This document shows, one piece after another, positions 30,690 through 43,437 of a stretch of DNA of 64,000 nucleotides. A model generated the notes under the pieces. It worked only from the letters and a program-made list of their open reading frames with translations. It did not search any database and was not told where the DNA came from. The first letter of the stretch is position 1; every line of letters begins with the position of its first letter. The stretch is taken from positions 512,001 to 576,000 of the forward strand of contig CAWANJ010000001.1 of NCBI GenBank assembly GCA_963783385.1, given 5' to 3'. The translations under genes were made by a program, and so were the position numbers. The stretch is from an uncultured Gemmatimonadales bacterium. GTDB taxonomy: Bacteria; Gemmatimonadota; Gemmatimonadetes; Palauibacterales; Palauibacteraceae.

Positions 30690-31907
30690 TCAGGACGCCT
30701 CGATCTGCACCCGCGCGAAGCGCCGCTTCCCCCTCTGGAGCAGATAACGACCGGGCTCGAGCTGAAGATCCCGGTCCGACACCCTCCGCCCATCGACCTG
30801 GACGGCGCCCTGGTCGATCATGCGGAGCGCCTCCGACGTGGAGTCGGCCAGCCCCGCGCGCTGGAGCGCGTAGCCGATCCACAGGGAGGTCTCGCCCTCG
30901 TCCGCGCCCAGACGCTGCACTGGAAGCTCCTCGGGAGCCTCGCCGCGACGGTGCACGCGATCGAACGCGTCACGAGCCGCATCCGCCGCCCCGCTCCCGT
31001 GATACTGGGTCACGAGGTCCGCGGCAAGCCAGCGCTTCGCCGCCAGCGGGTCGCCGGCGGCCTCCTGTAGCCGCCTCCGGAGCGGCTCACCCCCGGCCGA
31101 TGAGGCCAGGCGCAGCCACTCCTCGAGCAGCTCGTCCGGGATCGACATGGTCCGGCCGAACATTTCCTCCGGCTCCATGGCGAGTCCCACGTAGTTGTCG
31201 TAGGACTTCGACATCTTGCGCTCGCCGTCCGTGCCCCGCAGAAGGGGCATGATGAGGCAGACCTGCGGCTCCTGCCCGCACTTCTCCTGGATCGTCCGCC
31301 CCAGGAGCAGGTTGAAGCGCTGGTCGGTGCCGCCCAGCTCGACGTCGGCCCGAAGCTCGACCGAGTCGTAGGCCTGCATCATCGGGTAGAGGAACTCCGA
31401 CAGCGCGATGGGCCGGCCGTCGGCGTGACGCCGGGCGAAGTCCTCCCGCTCCAGCATCCGGGCCACGGTGTACATGGAGGTGAGGCGGAGGATGTCGGCG
31501 AGACGGAGCGGACCGAGCCACTCGCCGTTCCGCCGCATCTCGGTGCGCTCGGGGTCGAGGACCAGGGACACCTGCCGTCGGTAGGTGGCCAGGTTGGCCT
31601 CGATCTCGGCCTCGTCGAGCACGGGACGCGTATCGGATCGGCCCGAGGGATCCCCGATGCGAGCCGTATAGTCGCCGATCACGAAGACCACGCGGTGGCC
31701 GAGCTCCTGAAAATCCCGCAGCTTCCTCAGGGAGACCGCGTGTCCGATGTGGAGATCCGGCCGCGTGGGGTCGAAGCCCTGCTTGATGACGAGTGGCTCG
31801 TCGCGCTCACGCGAGCGCTCGAGCTTGCGCTCGAGCTCGTCCTCGGGGAGGATCGCATCCACCCCGTCCCGAATCCGCTCGAGCTGTTGGGCGACGGGGA
31901 GAAACAT
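30690..31907 (-). CDS. tyrS: Tyrosine--tRNA ligase
   Basis: GFDPT, DLHIGH, YPMMQAYD, GGTDQ, KMSKS, C-terminal S4 domain ending GKRRFARV. Confidence 0.96.
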   Translation of the reverse strand: MFLPVAQQLERIRDGVDAILPEDELERKLERSRERDEPLVIKQGFDPTRPDLHIGHAVSLRKLRDFQELGHRVVFVIGDYTARIGDPSGRSDTRPVLDEAEIEANLATYRRQVSLVLDPERTEMRRNGEWLGPLRLADILRLTSMYTVARMLEREDFARRHADGRPIALSEFLYPMMQAYDSVELRADVELGGTDQRFNLLLGRTIQEKCGQEPQVCLIMPLLRGTDGERKMSKSYDNYVGLAMEPEEMFGRTMSIPDELLEEWLRLASSAGGEPLRRRLQEAAGDPLAAKRWLAADLVTQYHGSGAADAARDAFDRVHRRGEAPEELPVQRLGADEGETSLWIGYALQRAGLADSTSEALRMIDQGAVQVDGRRVSDRDLQLEPGRYLLQRGKRRFARVQIEAS

Positions 31908-32059
31908 TCTTCCGGGAGCCCTGGTATAGTGTGCCTCGTGAACGAGCGAAGCCCGTCCCTGTCCGAGGCCGGCTACCATAGCCGCGGCCACCATCGCGGG
32001 CAAGCGAATACCCGCGTCCGCCGGGCACATCCGTCTCCCGGATCCCTGCGCCCGACCCC

Positions 32060-34213
32060 GTGAAGCCGGGGGGCCTCCTCCGGCGGTGGTACCGGCGCCT
32101 CGGACCACGCGGGCGCTGGCTCATGCTCACCGCCTTCCTGTCCCTCCTGGGGCTGGGCACGGGCCTGGCCTGGGGCGCCTGGACGCACGTCTGTGATGAC
32201 TGCCCTTCGATCGCGCAGATCTATGCGTTCCAGCCCAAGGAGGCGACGCGCGTGTTCGCGGACGATGGGAGCCTCCTGGCGGAGCTGGCCGTGGAGCGGC
32301 GCACGGCCGTGGCCTATCGGGCCCTGCCCTGGTACGTCCCGCAGGCGTTCGTGGCCATCGAGGACAAGCGCTTCTGGCACCACCACGGGATCGACCTGCT
32401 GCGCACCCTGCGGGCCGGGATCGAGTTCGCCCTGCACGGCTACGACGTGGCCGGCGGCAGCACGATCACCCAGCAGCTGGCCGGCAACATGTTCCCGAGC
32501 GCCGTCAACCGGCAGAAGCTATCGATCCGGCGCAAGCTCAAGGAGATGCACGTCGCGCTGGATCTCGAGAGCGCCTACACCAAGCAGGAGATCCTCGGGG
32601 CCTACCTGAACCAGATCAACTTCGGCCGCGGCCACTACGGGGTGCAGAGCGCCGCCCGCTGGCTGTTCGGCGAGGACGCGCGTGACCTGAACCTCCCCGA
32701 GGCGGCGCTCCTGGCCGCCCTGCCCAAGGCACCCGAGCGCTACTCGCCCATCGAGCATCCCGAGCGGGCTGTCGTACGCCGCAACCTGGTCCTGCAGGAG
32801 ATGGAGGACCATGGCATGATCGATCGGGGCACGGCCGAGGCGGCCAAGGCCTATCCCCTTGCCCTCCATAGCGAGACCGAGAACGAGGGGACGGCCCCCT
32901 ACTTCGTGGAGTGGGTGCGCCAGCAGCTCATGGACCGCTACGGCCCGCAGATCTACGAGGCGGGCCTCCGGGTGTACACGACCCTCGACCCGGGCCTCCA
33001 GAGCGTGGCGGATTCGGCGCTGCACGCCCAGCTCGACTGGGTCGAGCAGCAGCCCGGCTTCCAGGGCCCCACGTTCCAGGTCACGCGGAGCTGGCCGGAG
33101 GAGAAGCTCAACGGGACCGAGATACCGTACGTCCAGGGGCTATTCATCGCGCTCGACCCGCACACCGGCAACGTCCTGTCTCTCATCGGCGGGCGCGACT
33201 TCGACGACTCGGAGTTCGACCGGGCCACCCAGGCCCTGCGTCAGCCCGGCTCGGTGTTCAAGCCGTTCGTGTACACGGCGGCCATCGCCAGCGGCATCCC
33301 GGTCTCGGAGATCTTCTACGACACGCCCGTCGAGATCGTGCTCCCCGACAGCTCGATCTACTCGCCCAAGGACTTCGGCGGCGACTTCCTCGGGCCCATC
33401 ACCATGCGCGAGGCGCTGTACCGCTCCATCAACGTGGTGGCGGTCAAGGTCGGCCAGAAGGTGGGCGAGGAGGCCATCGCGCAGTACGCCCACGCGCTCG
33501 GGATCACCACCGAGATCCCTCGCGTCCCCTCCGTGGCCATCGGGTCGGCGTCCGTGATCCCGATCGAGATCGCCGAGGCGTACACGACCTTCGCCAACGA
33601 GGGGGTGCGGGTGACGCCGCGGGCCATCCTCCGGGTGGAGGACTCGGACGGCAACGTGCTGTGGAGCAGCCAGGTGCAGAGGGAGGACGTCCTCGACCGG
33701 CGCGTCTCCTACATCATGCTCTCCCTGCTCCGCGACGTGGTGGACCAGCCGTACGGCACGGGTCGGGTCGTGCGCCGCGACGGCGTGCCGGCCGACGTCC
33801 CCGTGGCCGGGAAGACCGGCACGACCAACGATGCGACGGACGCGTGGTTCGTGGGACTGACGCCGGACATCGTGACCACCAGCTGGGTGGGCTTCGACCG
33901 ACCCCGCCACCTCCACTACAACGCGCAGGGCGGCCTGGACGCCGCTCCGATCAACGCCGCCGTGCTCAAGTGGTACTACGATCACCATCCGGTGCCGGCC
34001 CCGTGGCCCCAGCCCGAGGGACTCGTGCACGACAGCGTGGACCAGTCGACGGGCATGCTGGCCACCCAGTGGTGCCCGCCGGACTCCGTCTACCAGGAGG
34101 TCTTCCTGCCGGGCACGGAGCCGAGGCCGTGTGACGTGCACGGTCCCTGGTCCAGCGTGCGGCGTCGCGACAGCCTCGGCCTCGACACCCTGGACTACCG
34201 CCCGCGGCGCTGA
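32060..34213 (+). CDS. Class A penicillin-binding protein (PBP1A family)
   Basis: Transglycosylase motifs EDKRF, GGSTITQQL, RKLKE, YLN; transpeptidase motifs SVFK, SIN, KTGT. Confidence 0.95.
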   Translation: MKPGGLLRRWYRRLGPRGRWLMLTAFLSLLGLGTGLAWGAWTHVCDDCPSIAQIYAFQPKEATRVFADDGSLLAELAVERRTAVAYRALPWYVPQAFVAIEDKRFWHHHGIDLLRTLRAGIEFALHGYDVAGGSTITQQLAGNMFPSAVNRQKLSIRRKLKEMHVALDLESAYTKQEILGAYLNQINFGRGHYGVQSAARWLFGEDARDLNLPEAALLAALPKAPERYSPIEHPERAVVRRNLVLQEMEDHGMIDRGTAEAAKAYPLALHSETENEGTAPYFVEWVRQQLMDRYGPQIYEAGLRVYTTLDPGLQSVADSALHAQLDWVEQQPGFQGPTFQVTRSWPEEKLNGTEIPYVQGLFIALDPHTGNVLSLIGGRDFDDSEFDRATQALRQPGSVFKPFVYTAAIASGIPVSEIFYDTPVEIVLPDSSIYSPKDFGGDFLGPITMREALYRSINVVAVKVGQKVGEEAIAQYAHALGITTEIPRVPSVAIGSASVIPIEIAEAYTTFANEGVRVTPRAILRVEDSDGNVLWSSQVQREDVLDRRVSYIMLSLLRDVVDQPYGTGRVVRRDGVPADVPVAGKTGTTNDATDAWFVGLTPDIVTTSWVGFDRPRHLHYNAQGGLDAAPINAAVLKWYYDHHPVPAPWPQPEGLVHDSVDQSTGMLATQWCPPDSVYQEVFLPGTEPRPCDVHGPWSSVRRRDSLGLDTLDYRPRR

Positions 34214-34268
34214 GCCGACGCCGGAGCCGGGCGGGGCGAGCGCGCGGCGGGGCGGACGCGAGCGCGCC

Positions 34269-35625
34269 TCAGCCGATCGGCTCGACCCCCTGCGGCGTGA
34301 CCCGGTAGCGCACCCGCCGGCTCTCCCAGCGCAGCGCGGCCGAGCCGGGAGCCGGCCGGGCGGGGCCGATCCGTACCGCCGCGCCCAGACGGTCCATCGC
34401 CCGGTGCGCGTCCGACTCGCTGCGGGCGTGGACGAGCGCCGCCACGGCGCCCTCCTCCACGTCGTCCCCCGGCCGGAGGCGCAGCTCGATTCCCACGGCC
34501 GGGTCCACCGGCTGCCCCATTCGGCGACGCCCCGCGCCCAGCTCCACCGCCGCCAGCCCCACCTGCCGCGCCCCCACGACGTGCACCCAGCCCGAGGCCG
34601 GAGCGCGCCACGGGACCCGGACCGGAGCGGCGGGGAGACGGTCGGGCTCCTCCACGACCGAGGGATCCCCGCCCTGGCGCTCGATCAGCTCGGCGAACCG
34701 CCGGGCCGCCGTCCCGCCCCGGAGGAGATCGGAAAGACGGCCTCGCGCTTCCTCCCGGTCCTCCCCCTCCCGGACGACCCCCGGGAGCTCGGTCGCCAGC
34801 GCCAGCGTCACCTCCTCGAGGTCCGCGGGACCTCGACCGTGCAGACAATCGATCGCCTCACGCACCTCGAGGGCGTTGCCCACGGCGCGGCCGAGCGGAG
34901 CCTCCATCCCGGTGACCAGCGCCGTGGCGGCCAGCCCCTCCCGGCCGGCCAGCTCGACCAGGGTCCGGGCCAGGGCCAGGGCTCCTTCCTCTCGTCGCAT
35001 GAACGCCCCGTCGCCGCACGTCACGTCCAGGACCAGCGCTTCGATCCCCTCGGCCACCTTCTTGGAGACGATGCTGGACGCGATGAGGGGCATCGAGGGC
35101 ACGGTGCCGGTCACGTCCCGCAGCGCGTACAGGCGACCGTCCAGCGGCGTCAGGTCGGGGCTCTGGCCCACCATCGCGCAGCCCACCTCGTCGACGATGC
35201 GGGCGAAAGCCTCGAGGTCGATGTCCGTCCGGAAGCCCGGGATGGACTCGAGCTTGTCGAGCGTGCCGCCGGTGTGTCCGAGGCCGCGTCCCGACATCAT
35301 CGGCACGCGCACGCCCGCGACCGCGAGCAGCGGGGCGAGGACGAGCGACACCTTGTCCCCCACGCCTCCGGTCGAGTGCTTGTCGACCGCGGGCGGGGCG
35401 CCGGGGCGCCGGAAGTCCAGCCGCCGACCGGACTCGATCATGGCGCGCGTGAGCGTGGTGAGCTCGGCGGTCGAGAGGCCCTGGAAGTAGACCGCCATGA
35501 GCAGCGCTGACATTCTGGTAGTCGGCGACCTCGCCGGCCTGGAAGCCGTCGAGGAAGGCCCGAAGGTCCGCCGCCTCCAGCTCCTCTCCGTCACGCTTCC
35601 GCTCGATGAGCTCGCTGGCTAGCAT
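34269..35625 (-). CDS. pdp: Thymidine/pyrimidine-nucleoside phosphorylase, one apparent frameshift near 35513
   Basis: N-terminus MLASELIERKRDG...VADYQ in one frame, then MSALLMAVYF, DKHSTGGVGDK, SGRGLGHTGGTLDKLESIPG, SIVSKKVAEG in another. Confidence 0.92.
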
Positions 35626-35710
35626 CGCATCGGCCTCCTGGCTACGATTCGGATCGGGCGTGGACCGTCCACGCCCGTCATCCGACCCGATTTCGCGGGA
35701 GAGGCCATCG

Positions 35711-36658
35711 ATGAGCCTCCGCCTCCCGTTCGCGCGGCCCGGCGCATGCCGGGCGCTCACGCTCGCCCGGCTCGGGCTCGCCGCCGCGGCCGCCGTGGGC
35801 TGGATGTCCGCGACGCCGCTCGCGGGCCAGCAGACCGCACCCGCCGACACGGCGACGTCCACGACGGCGCCCTGCCCATGGCCGGCGACGCCCGGCGTGC
35901 CCTGGGCCGACACGGCGGCGGCCGCCGCCCATTCGGCTGCCGTGGGCGCCCCCCCCGACCGGCGAGCCGCCCTCCTCGCGGAAGGGGACTCCGCCTACGC
36001 CCTCGGCCGACACACGACCGCCTACACGGCCTTCGCCGAGGCCGCGCGAGACTCGGCCACCTACGAGGCGCTCTGGAAGGCCGCACGGGCCGCCGTGGAC
36101 GTCGGGCAGGGTATCCAGGACGAGGACGACGCGCACGGGTGGTACCAGCGGGGAGAGACATGGGCGCGCCGAGCCATCCAGCTCCGTGGCGACCGGCCGG
36201 AGGACCACTTCGTTCTGGCCGAGGCGCTCGGCCTCATCGCCCTGGACGTCGGCGTCCGCCAGCGAGTCCGGATGGCGACCGAGATCCGGTCGGAGGCCCT
36301 GGCCACGATCGCGGCGGACAGCGACTACGCCGGAGGCTGGCACATCCTGGGACGCTGGAACGAGGGCATCATGGACCTCAGCGGAGCGGCCCGTTTCTTC
36401 GCCAGGGCCTTCCTCGGGGCGCAGGTGTTCGGAGAGGCCAGCTGGGAGAAGGCCGAGAGCGACCTGGCTCGGGCCGCCCGCCTGGAGCCGACCCGAATCG
36501 TCAACCGTCTCGAGCTGGGCCGCGTGTACATGAAGACCGATCAGCCCGAGAAGGCGAGGGCCGAGCTCCAGGCGACCCTGGCGCTTCCGCCGCAGGACGA
36601 GCAGGACTGCGATTACCTGGGCGAGGCAAGGGACCTCCTGGAGCAGCTCAGAGGTTGA
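35711..36658 (+). CDS. Secreted TPR protein resembling the RMDN/PTPIP51 family
   Basis: Signal peptide ending LAG-Q; helical repeats ALWKAARA, HFVLAEALG, WHILGRW, NRLELGRVY, EARDLL. Confidence 0.72.
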   Translation: MSLRLPFARPGACRALTLARLGLAAAAAVGWMSATPLAGQQTAPADTATSTTAPCPWPATPGVPWADTAAAAAHSAAVGAPPDRRAALLAEGDSAYALGRHTTAYTAFAEAARDSATYEALWKAARAAVDVGQGIQDEDDAHGWYQRGETWARRAIQLRGDRPEDHFVLAEALGLIALDVGVRQRVRMATEIRSEALATIAADSDYAGGWHILGRWNEGIMDLSGAARFFARAFLGAQVFGEASWEKAESDLARAARLEPTRIVNRLELGRVYMKTDQPEKARAELQATLALPPQDEQDCDYLGEARDLLEQLRG

Positions 36659-36977
36659 GCTTCTCGCGTCCCTTACGAACGCCGCTGCGAACCTGCTCTC
36701 CCGAACGCTCCACCCGCCTTCTCACCTCGTCGCCCGACCGCTCGGCGACCTTTCGGGCGTCGCTGGCCACGCGGCGCACGTCGTCGGCGGCCCGCTGCAG
36801 CCCCTCCTCGGCCCGCTCTCCCAGGTCCTCGGCGGCGCGCCGCAGGCGGCGCCGCGTGTGCCGGCCGCTCCGAGGTGCCAGCAGCAGGGCGGCGCCCGCG
36901 CCAAGGAGACCTCCCACGATCATCCCTGCGATGAACTCGACGGCACCAACGTCCTCTTCGTATCCGCGCTCGCTCAT
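36648..36977 (-). CDS. YtxH domain protein
   Basis: FIAGMIVGGLLGAGAALLLAPRSGRHTRRRL followed by a charged helix. Confidence 0.9.
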   Translation of the reverse strand: MSERGYEEDVGAVEFIAGMIVGGLLGAGAALLLAPRSGRHTRRRLRRAAEDLGERAEEGLQRAADDVRRVASDARKVAERSGDEVRRRVERSGEQVRSGVRKGREKLNL

Positions 36978-37138
36978 GGCCGCACTCCCGCGCCGGTGAC
37001 ACTGACCTCTGTCTCGCTCGAGCCTGTCTGGCGATCACGAAGCGCAACGCTCGTGCCGCGCCGGCGACCGACGCGACTCTTGAAGGAGCCGCTTGCCGGA
37101 CCTAGCTTGCGCGGTCCGCTCACCAGAGGAGAATCTTC

Positions 37139-37654
37139 GTGCACGAGGCCCATCCAACCGTCCGACTTCCAGCGGCCGTCCTGGCCGACCTGGTCCGCCG
37201 TTGCGAGCTCGCCGGACCCGACGCCGTGGGGGCCCTGAGGGGGGCCGGACGGCTGGCCGGGACGGAGCTGCTCGAGGTCGTGGCCGATCGGGCCGACCCG
37301 GAGCGAGCCGGTCGCACGGCCTTCTGGGAAGCGGTGGGCGCCGAGCTGGACGGCATGGGATTCGGGCCCGTGGCCTACGAGGTCCTCACGGGCGGCATCG
37401 CCTCCATCCTCCTGCCCGAGCTGCCCGAGGCCGCCGAGCGTCACGATCACCCGGGGTGTCCCTTCACCACCGGGATGCTCGCCGGACTGCTGGGCGGAGC
37501 GGCGGGCGAGACGGTGGCCGTGCTGGAGGTGGAGTGCCGCGCCGGCGGGCACCGCGCGTGCCGCTTCCTGGCGGGGGCGGAGCACCGCCTCCGCACGGTC
37601 CGGGAGCGGCTCATGGGGGGCGACTCCCTGTCGGAGGCGCTGGAGGGCCTCTGA
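37139..37654 (+). CDS. Stand-alone V4R domain protein
   Basis: GFG, GCPFTTGMLAG, EVECRAGGHRACRF (V4R Cys/Glu metal motif). RBS GAGGAG. Confidence 0.82.
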   Translation: MHEAHPTVRLPAAVLADLVRRCELAGPDAVGALRGAGRLAGTELLEVVADRADPERAGRTAFWEAVGAELDGMGFGPVAYEVLTGGIASILLPELPEAAERHDHPGCPFTTGMLAGLLGGAAGETVAVLEVECRAGGHRACRFLAGAEHRLRTVRERLMGGDSLSEALEGL

Positions 37655-38085
37655 GCCGGCCACCCGGGCGCGCCGTGGCGCTGGACTACGGTCGCAGCCG
37701 GATCGGCGTGGCCGTCTCCGACCCCACCCGCATGATCGCGTCGCCCCATTCGACGATCTCGAACGCGGGCGAGCCCACCCAGCCCCCCGCCGCCCTCCTC
37801 GCGCTCCTCGAGGAGCTCGGAGCGACCACCATCGTGCTGGGTATCCCTCTCCAGATGGACGGAACGGCAGGGGAGATGGCGCAGGAGACCAGGGAGTTCG
37901 GGCGCCGTTTGGCAGAAGCCACCTCGATCCCGATCGTCGAGTGGGACGAGCGTCTCACCTCCGCCGGAGCGGAGCGGACGCTCAGGGAGGCCGGGGCGTC
38001 GCGCAGGAAGCGCCGCGACAAGGCGAGCGTGGACCGACTCGCCGCGGCCATGGTTCTGCGGGCGTACCTGGCCTCGAACGGGTGA
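37651..38085 (+). CDS. ruvX: Holliday junction resolvase RuvX / YqgF
   Basis: ALDYGRSRIGVAVSD, LGIPL, WDERLTS, VDRLAA. Start is CTG 37651 or GTG 37675. Confidence 0.93.
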   Translation: MSRPPGRAVALDYGRSRIGVAVSDPTRMIASPHSTISNAGEPTQPPAALLALLEELGATTIVLGIPLQMDGTAGEMAQETREFGRRLAEATSIPIVEWDERLTSAGAERTLREAGASRRKRRDKASVDRLAAAMVLRAYLASNG

Positions 38086-38092
38086 GGACCCG

Positions 38093-39115
38093 GTGAGGCG
38101 GGGGGGAGCCCGAACGCCGCAGGCGCTCCTCCTCCTGGCTGCCGGGCTCCTGCTCGCGGCCTGCTCCGGGGGGACGCGCGGGCGCGAGGTCGACGTGCGC
38201 ATCCAGCGCGGCTCCGGGGCGCTCCGCATTGGCCGCGAGCTCGAGGCCGCCGGCCTCATTGAGCACCCGCGCCTGTTCGCGCTCTACACGGGCCTCCGGG
38301 GCGCCGAGGATCGACTCAAGGCGGGACACTATCGCTTCCGGATCGGGGAGAGCTGGTCCTCGCTCCTGTCCGCCATGGAGGAGGGTCGCGTCGTCACCCT
38401 GCGGGTCACCATCCCCGAGGGCTTCACCATCGACGAGATCGCCCCCCGGGTCGCCTACGTGGCCGAAGTCGCTTCCGACTCGGTCCGGGACCTGGCCGAC
38501 GACACGGCGGTGGCCCGCGCCCTGGATGTCCCCGGACCCACGCTCGAGGGGTACCTGTTCCCCGACACGTACCGCTTCGCTGAGGGGGTCGACCCCGAGG
38601 ACGCCCTGTCCGCGATGGTGCGCCGATACCGGGAGTTCTGGGACGCCGAGAAGCGGGCGCGCATGAAGGCGATCGGGCTCGACGAGCGCCAGGTGGTGAC
38701 CCTGGCGAGCATCGTGGAGAAGGAGGCGCGGCGGGCCGAGGAGCGTCCGATCATCGCCGGCGTCTACCTGAACCGGTTGCGGCGAGGCATGCGGCTCCAG
38801 GCCGACCCGACCGTCCAGTACGCGCTCGGCACCACCAAGGCACGCCTCCTCTACCGGGACATCGACAGCGTGGCCGACGATCCCTACAACACCTACACGC
38901 ACGCCGGGCTGCCGCCCGGACCCATCGCGTCGCCCGGTGCCGCCTCGCTGCGCGCCGTGCTGTGGCCGGCCGACGTCCCCTACCTGTACTTCGTCGCGCG
39001 ACCCGACGGCTCCCACGTGTTCTCGGTCACCGAGCGCCAGCACGTACGGGCCAAAAATCGGATACGGCGCGAGCGCGAGCGAGCGGCGGAGGACAGCGCG
39101 GGAGCGGGGCGCTGA
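38093..39115 (+). CDS. mltG: Endolytic transglycosylase MltG
   Basis: TIPEG, LEGYLFPDTY, ASIVEKE, LQADPTV, YNTY..GLPPGPI, YLYFV. Confidence 0.95.
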   Translation: MRRGGARTPQALLLLAAGLLLAACSGGTRGREVDVRIQRGSGALRIGRELEAAGLIEHPRLFALYTGLRGAEDRLKAGHYRFRIGESWSSLLSAMEEGRVVTLRVTIPEGFTIDEIAPRVAYVAEVASDSVRDLADDTAVARALDVPGPTLEGYLFPDTYRFAEGVDPEDALSAMVRRYREFWDAEKRARMKAIGLDERQVVTLASIVEKEARRAEERPIIAGVYLNRLRRGMRLQADPTVQYALGTTKARLLYRDIDSVADDPYNTYTHAGLPPGPIASPGAASLRAVLWPADVPYLYFVARPDGSHVFSVTERQHVRAKNRIRRERERAAEDSAGAGR

Positions 39116-39846
39116 CGAGCCTCGACGCGGGCGGGACGGGCGGCCCGGCCCCGGCCGATCCCGACGGGGCCCCGGCTGGCGTCCCGTCCCCGGACCCGCG
39201 GCTCCGTCTCATGGTGCTCACGGAGCCGCGGCCCGCCAGCGGGCTGCCCCTGGACGAGGTGGTGGAGGCCTGCCTCCGGGGAGGCGCCACCGCCGTCGAG
39301 CTCCGGCACGAGGGCGCCACGGGAGGGCTCCTCCTTCGCGAGGCGAAGCGTATCGGCGCCCTGGCACGCTCCCACGGGGCCCTGTTCCTGGTCAACGACC
39401 GCGCCGACGTGGCGCTGGCGGCCGGGGCGGACGGAGTCCACCTCGGTCCGGACGACCCTCCGGTCGAGGCCGTGCGCCGCATCGCCCCGGCGGGCTTCCT
39501 GATCGGCTGGTCCACCGATGACCCGATGTCCGCCCGGGAAGCCGCCGCCGCGGGCGCCGACTACGTGGGCGTGGGAGCCGTGTACGGGACGCGCAGCAAG
39601 CCTGGGCTCGAGGACGAGGCCATCGGCCCCGAACGGGTCGGCGAAGTGCTGCGGGCCTGCGGGCTTCCGGGCGTAGGAATCGGGGGGATTCGGCCCGGAA
39701 ACGCGGGGGCGGTGGCCAGGCAGGGAGCCGGAGTGGCCGTCCTCGGGGCACTCATGGGGGCCGCGGATCCCGGCGGGGTGGCGCGGATTCTGGCGGCCGA
39801 GGTGGCGGAAGCGTGGGGCGGGGCGGAAGGCGAGCGGGGGGTATAG
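39112..39846 (+). CDS. thiE: Thiamine phosphate synthase
   Basis: LVNDRADVALAAGADGVHLG, GADYVG, TRSK, GIGGI. Start is CTG 39112 or ATG 39211. Confidence 0.9.
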   Translation: MTSLDAGGTGGPAPADPDGAPAGVPSPDPRLRLMVLTEPRPASGLPLDEVVEACLRGGATAVELRHEGATGGLLLREAKRIGALARSHGALFLVNDRADVALAAGADGVHLGPDDPPVEAVRRIAPAGFLIGWSTDDPMSAREAAAAGADYVGVGAVYGTRSKPGLEDEAIGPERVGEVLRACGLPGVGIGGIRPGNAGAVARQGAGVAVLGALMGAADPGGVARILAAEVAEAWGGAEGERGV

Positions 39847-39854
39847 ACGTGCGG

Positions 39855-39891
39855 ACGCCCCGCGGCTTCCCGTGGGGGAAGTGCGGGGCGT
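39855..39891. terminator. Hairpin between convergent thiE and rRNA units
   Basis: ACGCCCCGC-GG-CTTCCC-GTGG-GGGAAG-T-GCGGGGCGT inverted repeat. Confidence 0.55.
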
Positions 39892-39903
39892 GGGCGCAGG
39901 TGA

Positions 39904-40021
39904 GGCCGGCGGCGACCTACTCTCCCGGGGCGTCTCCGCCCGAGTACCATCGGCGCTGAGGGGCTTAACGACTGGGTTCGGGATGGGACCAGGTGTGGCC
40001 CCCTCGCTCGTGCCACCGACC
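39904..40021 (-). rRNA. rrf: 5S rRNA
   Basis: Plus strand shows conserved complements GGCGACCTACTCTC, AGTACCATCGGCG, GGGTTCGGGATGGGACCAGGTGT; about 118 nt. Confidence 0.95.
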
Positions 40022-40152
40022 TTCGTCCGGGCGAGGGCGTGCGGCCCCGGTGGAGCGGGTCGCGGCGTCCTCGCGGATCGAAGGGCGAGGCAGGGGAAAG
40101 GGGAAGCGGGCCGAGCGCGGGGGCTCCGGCACGGAGCAGTGTGGGGATGAGG

Positions 40153-43212
<3,060 letters not shown>

Positions 43213-43334
43213 TTACTCCTATCTCTACTCTCAACCTCGACGCTCTCGTGCCGGACGCTTCGCCCCCTACAGATCCGAAAACCCGTAGACGGAAAAGCCC
43301 CGCCCGGCTCGACTCGCTTCCCTTCCCTGCCTCG

Positions 43335-43346
43335 TTGTCAAAAAGC
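43335..43346 (-). promoter_or_regulatory. boxA-like rRNA antitermination element
   Basis: Minus strand GCTTTTTGACAA resembles rrn boxA GCTCTTTAACAA; lies in the 23S leader. Confidence 0.65.
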
Positions 43347-43396
43347 TCGTTGTTCCCATCACGGGCGGCCGCGAAGCGTTCCGTGGCGGGCCGGAA

Positions 43397-43426
43397 AACA
43401 TAGCTGTCGGAGGGGGTGCGCGTCAA
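43397..43426 (-). promoter_or_regulatory. Putative promoter of the 23S-5S unit
   Basis: Minus strand TTGACG-18 bp-TATGTT followed by a GC-rich discriminator. Confidence 0.6.
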
Positions 43427-43437
43427 CGGTGGGCGGG

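Noticed and set aside
31908-32059. T-box upstream of tyrS; TPP riboswitch upstream of thiE/thiO/thiD
   Set aside because: The intergenic spaces are short and I could not find the conserved motifs.
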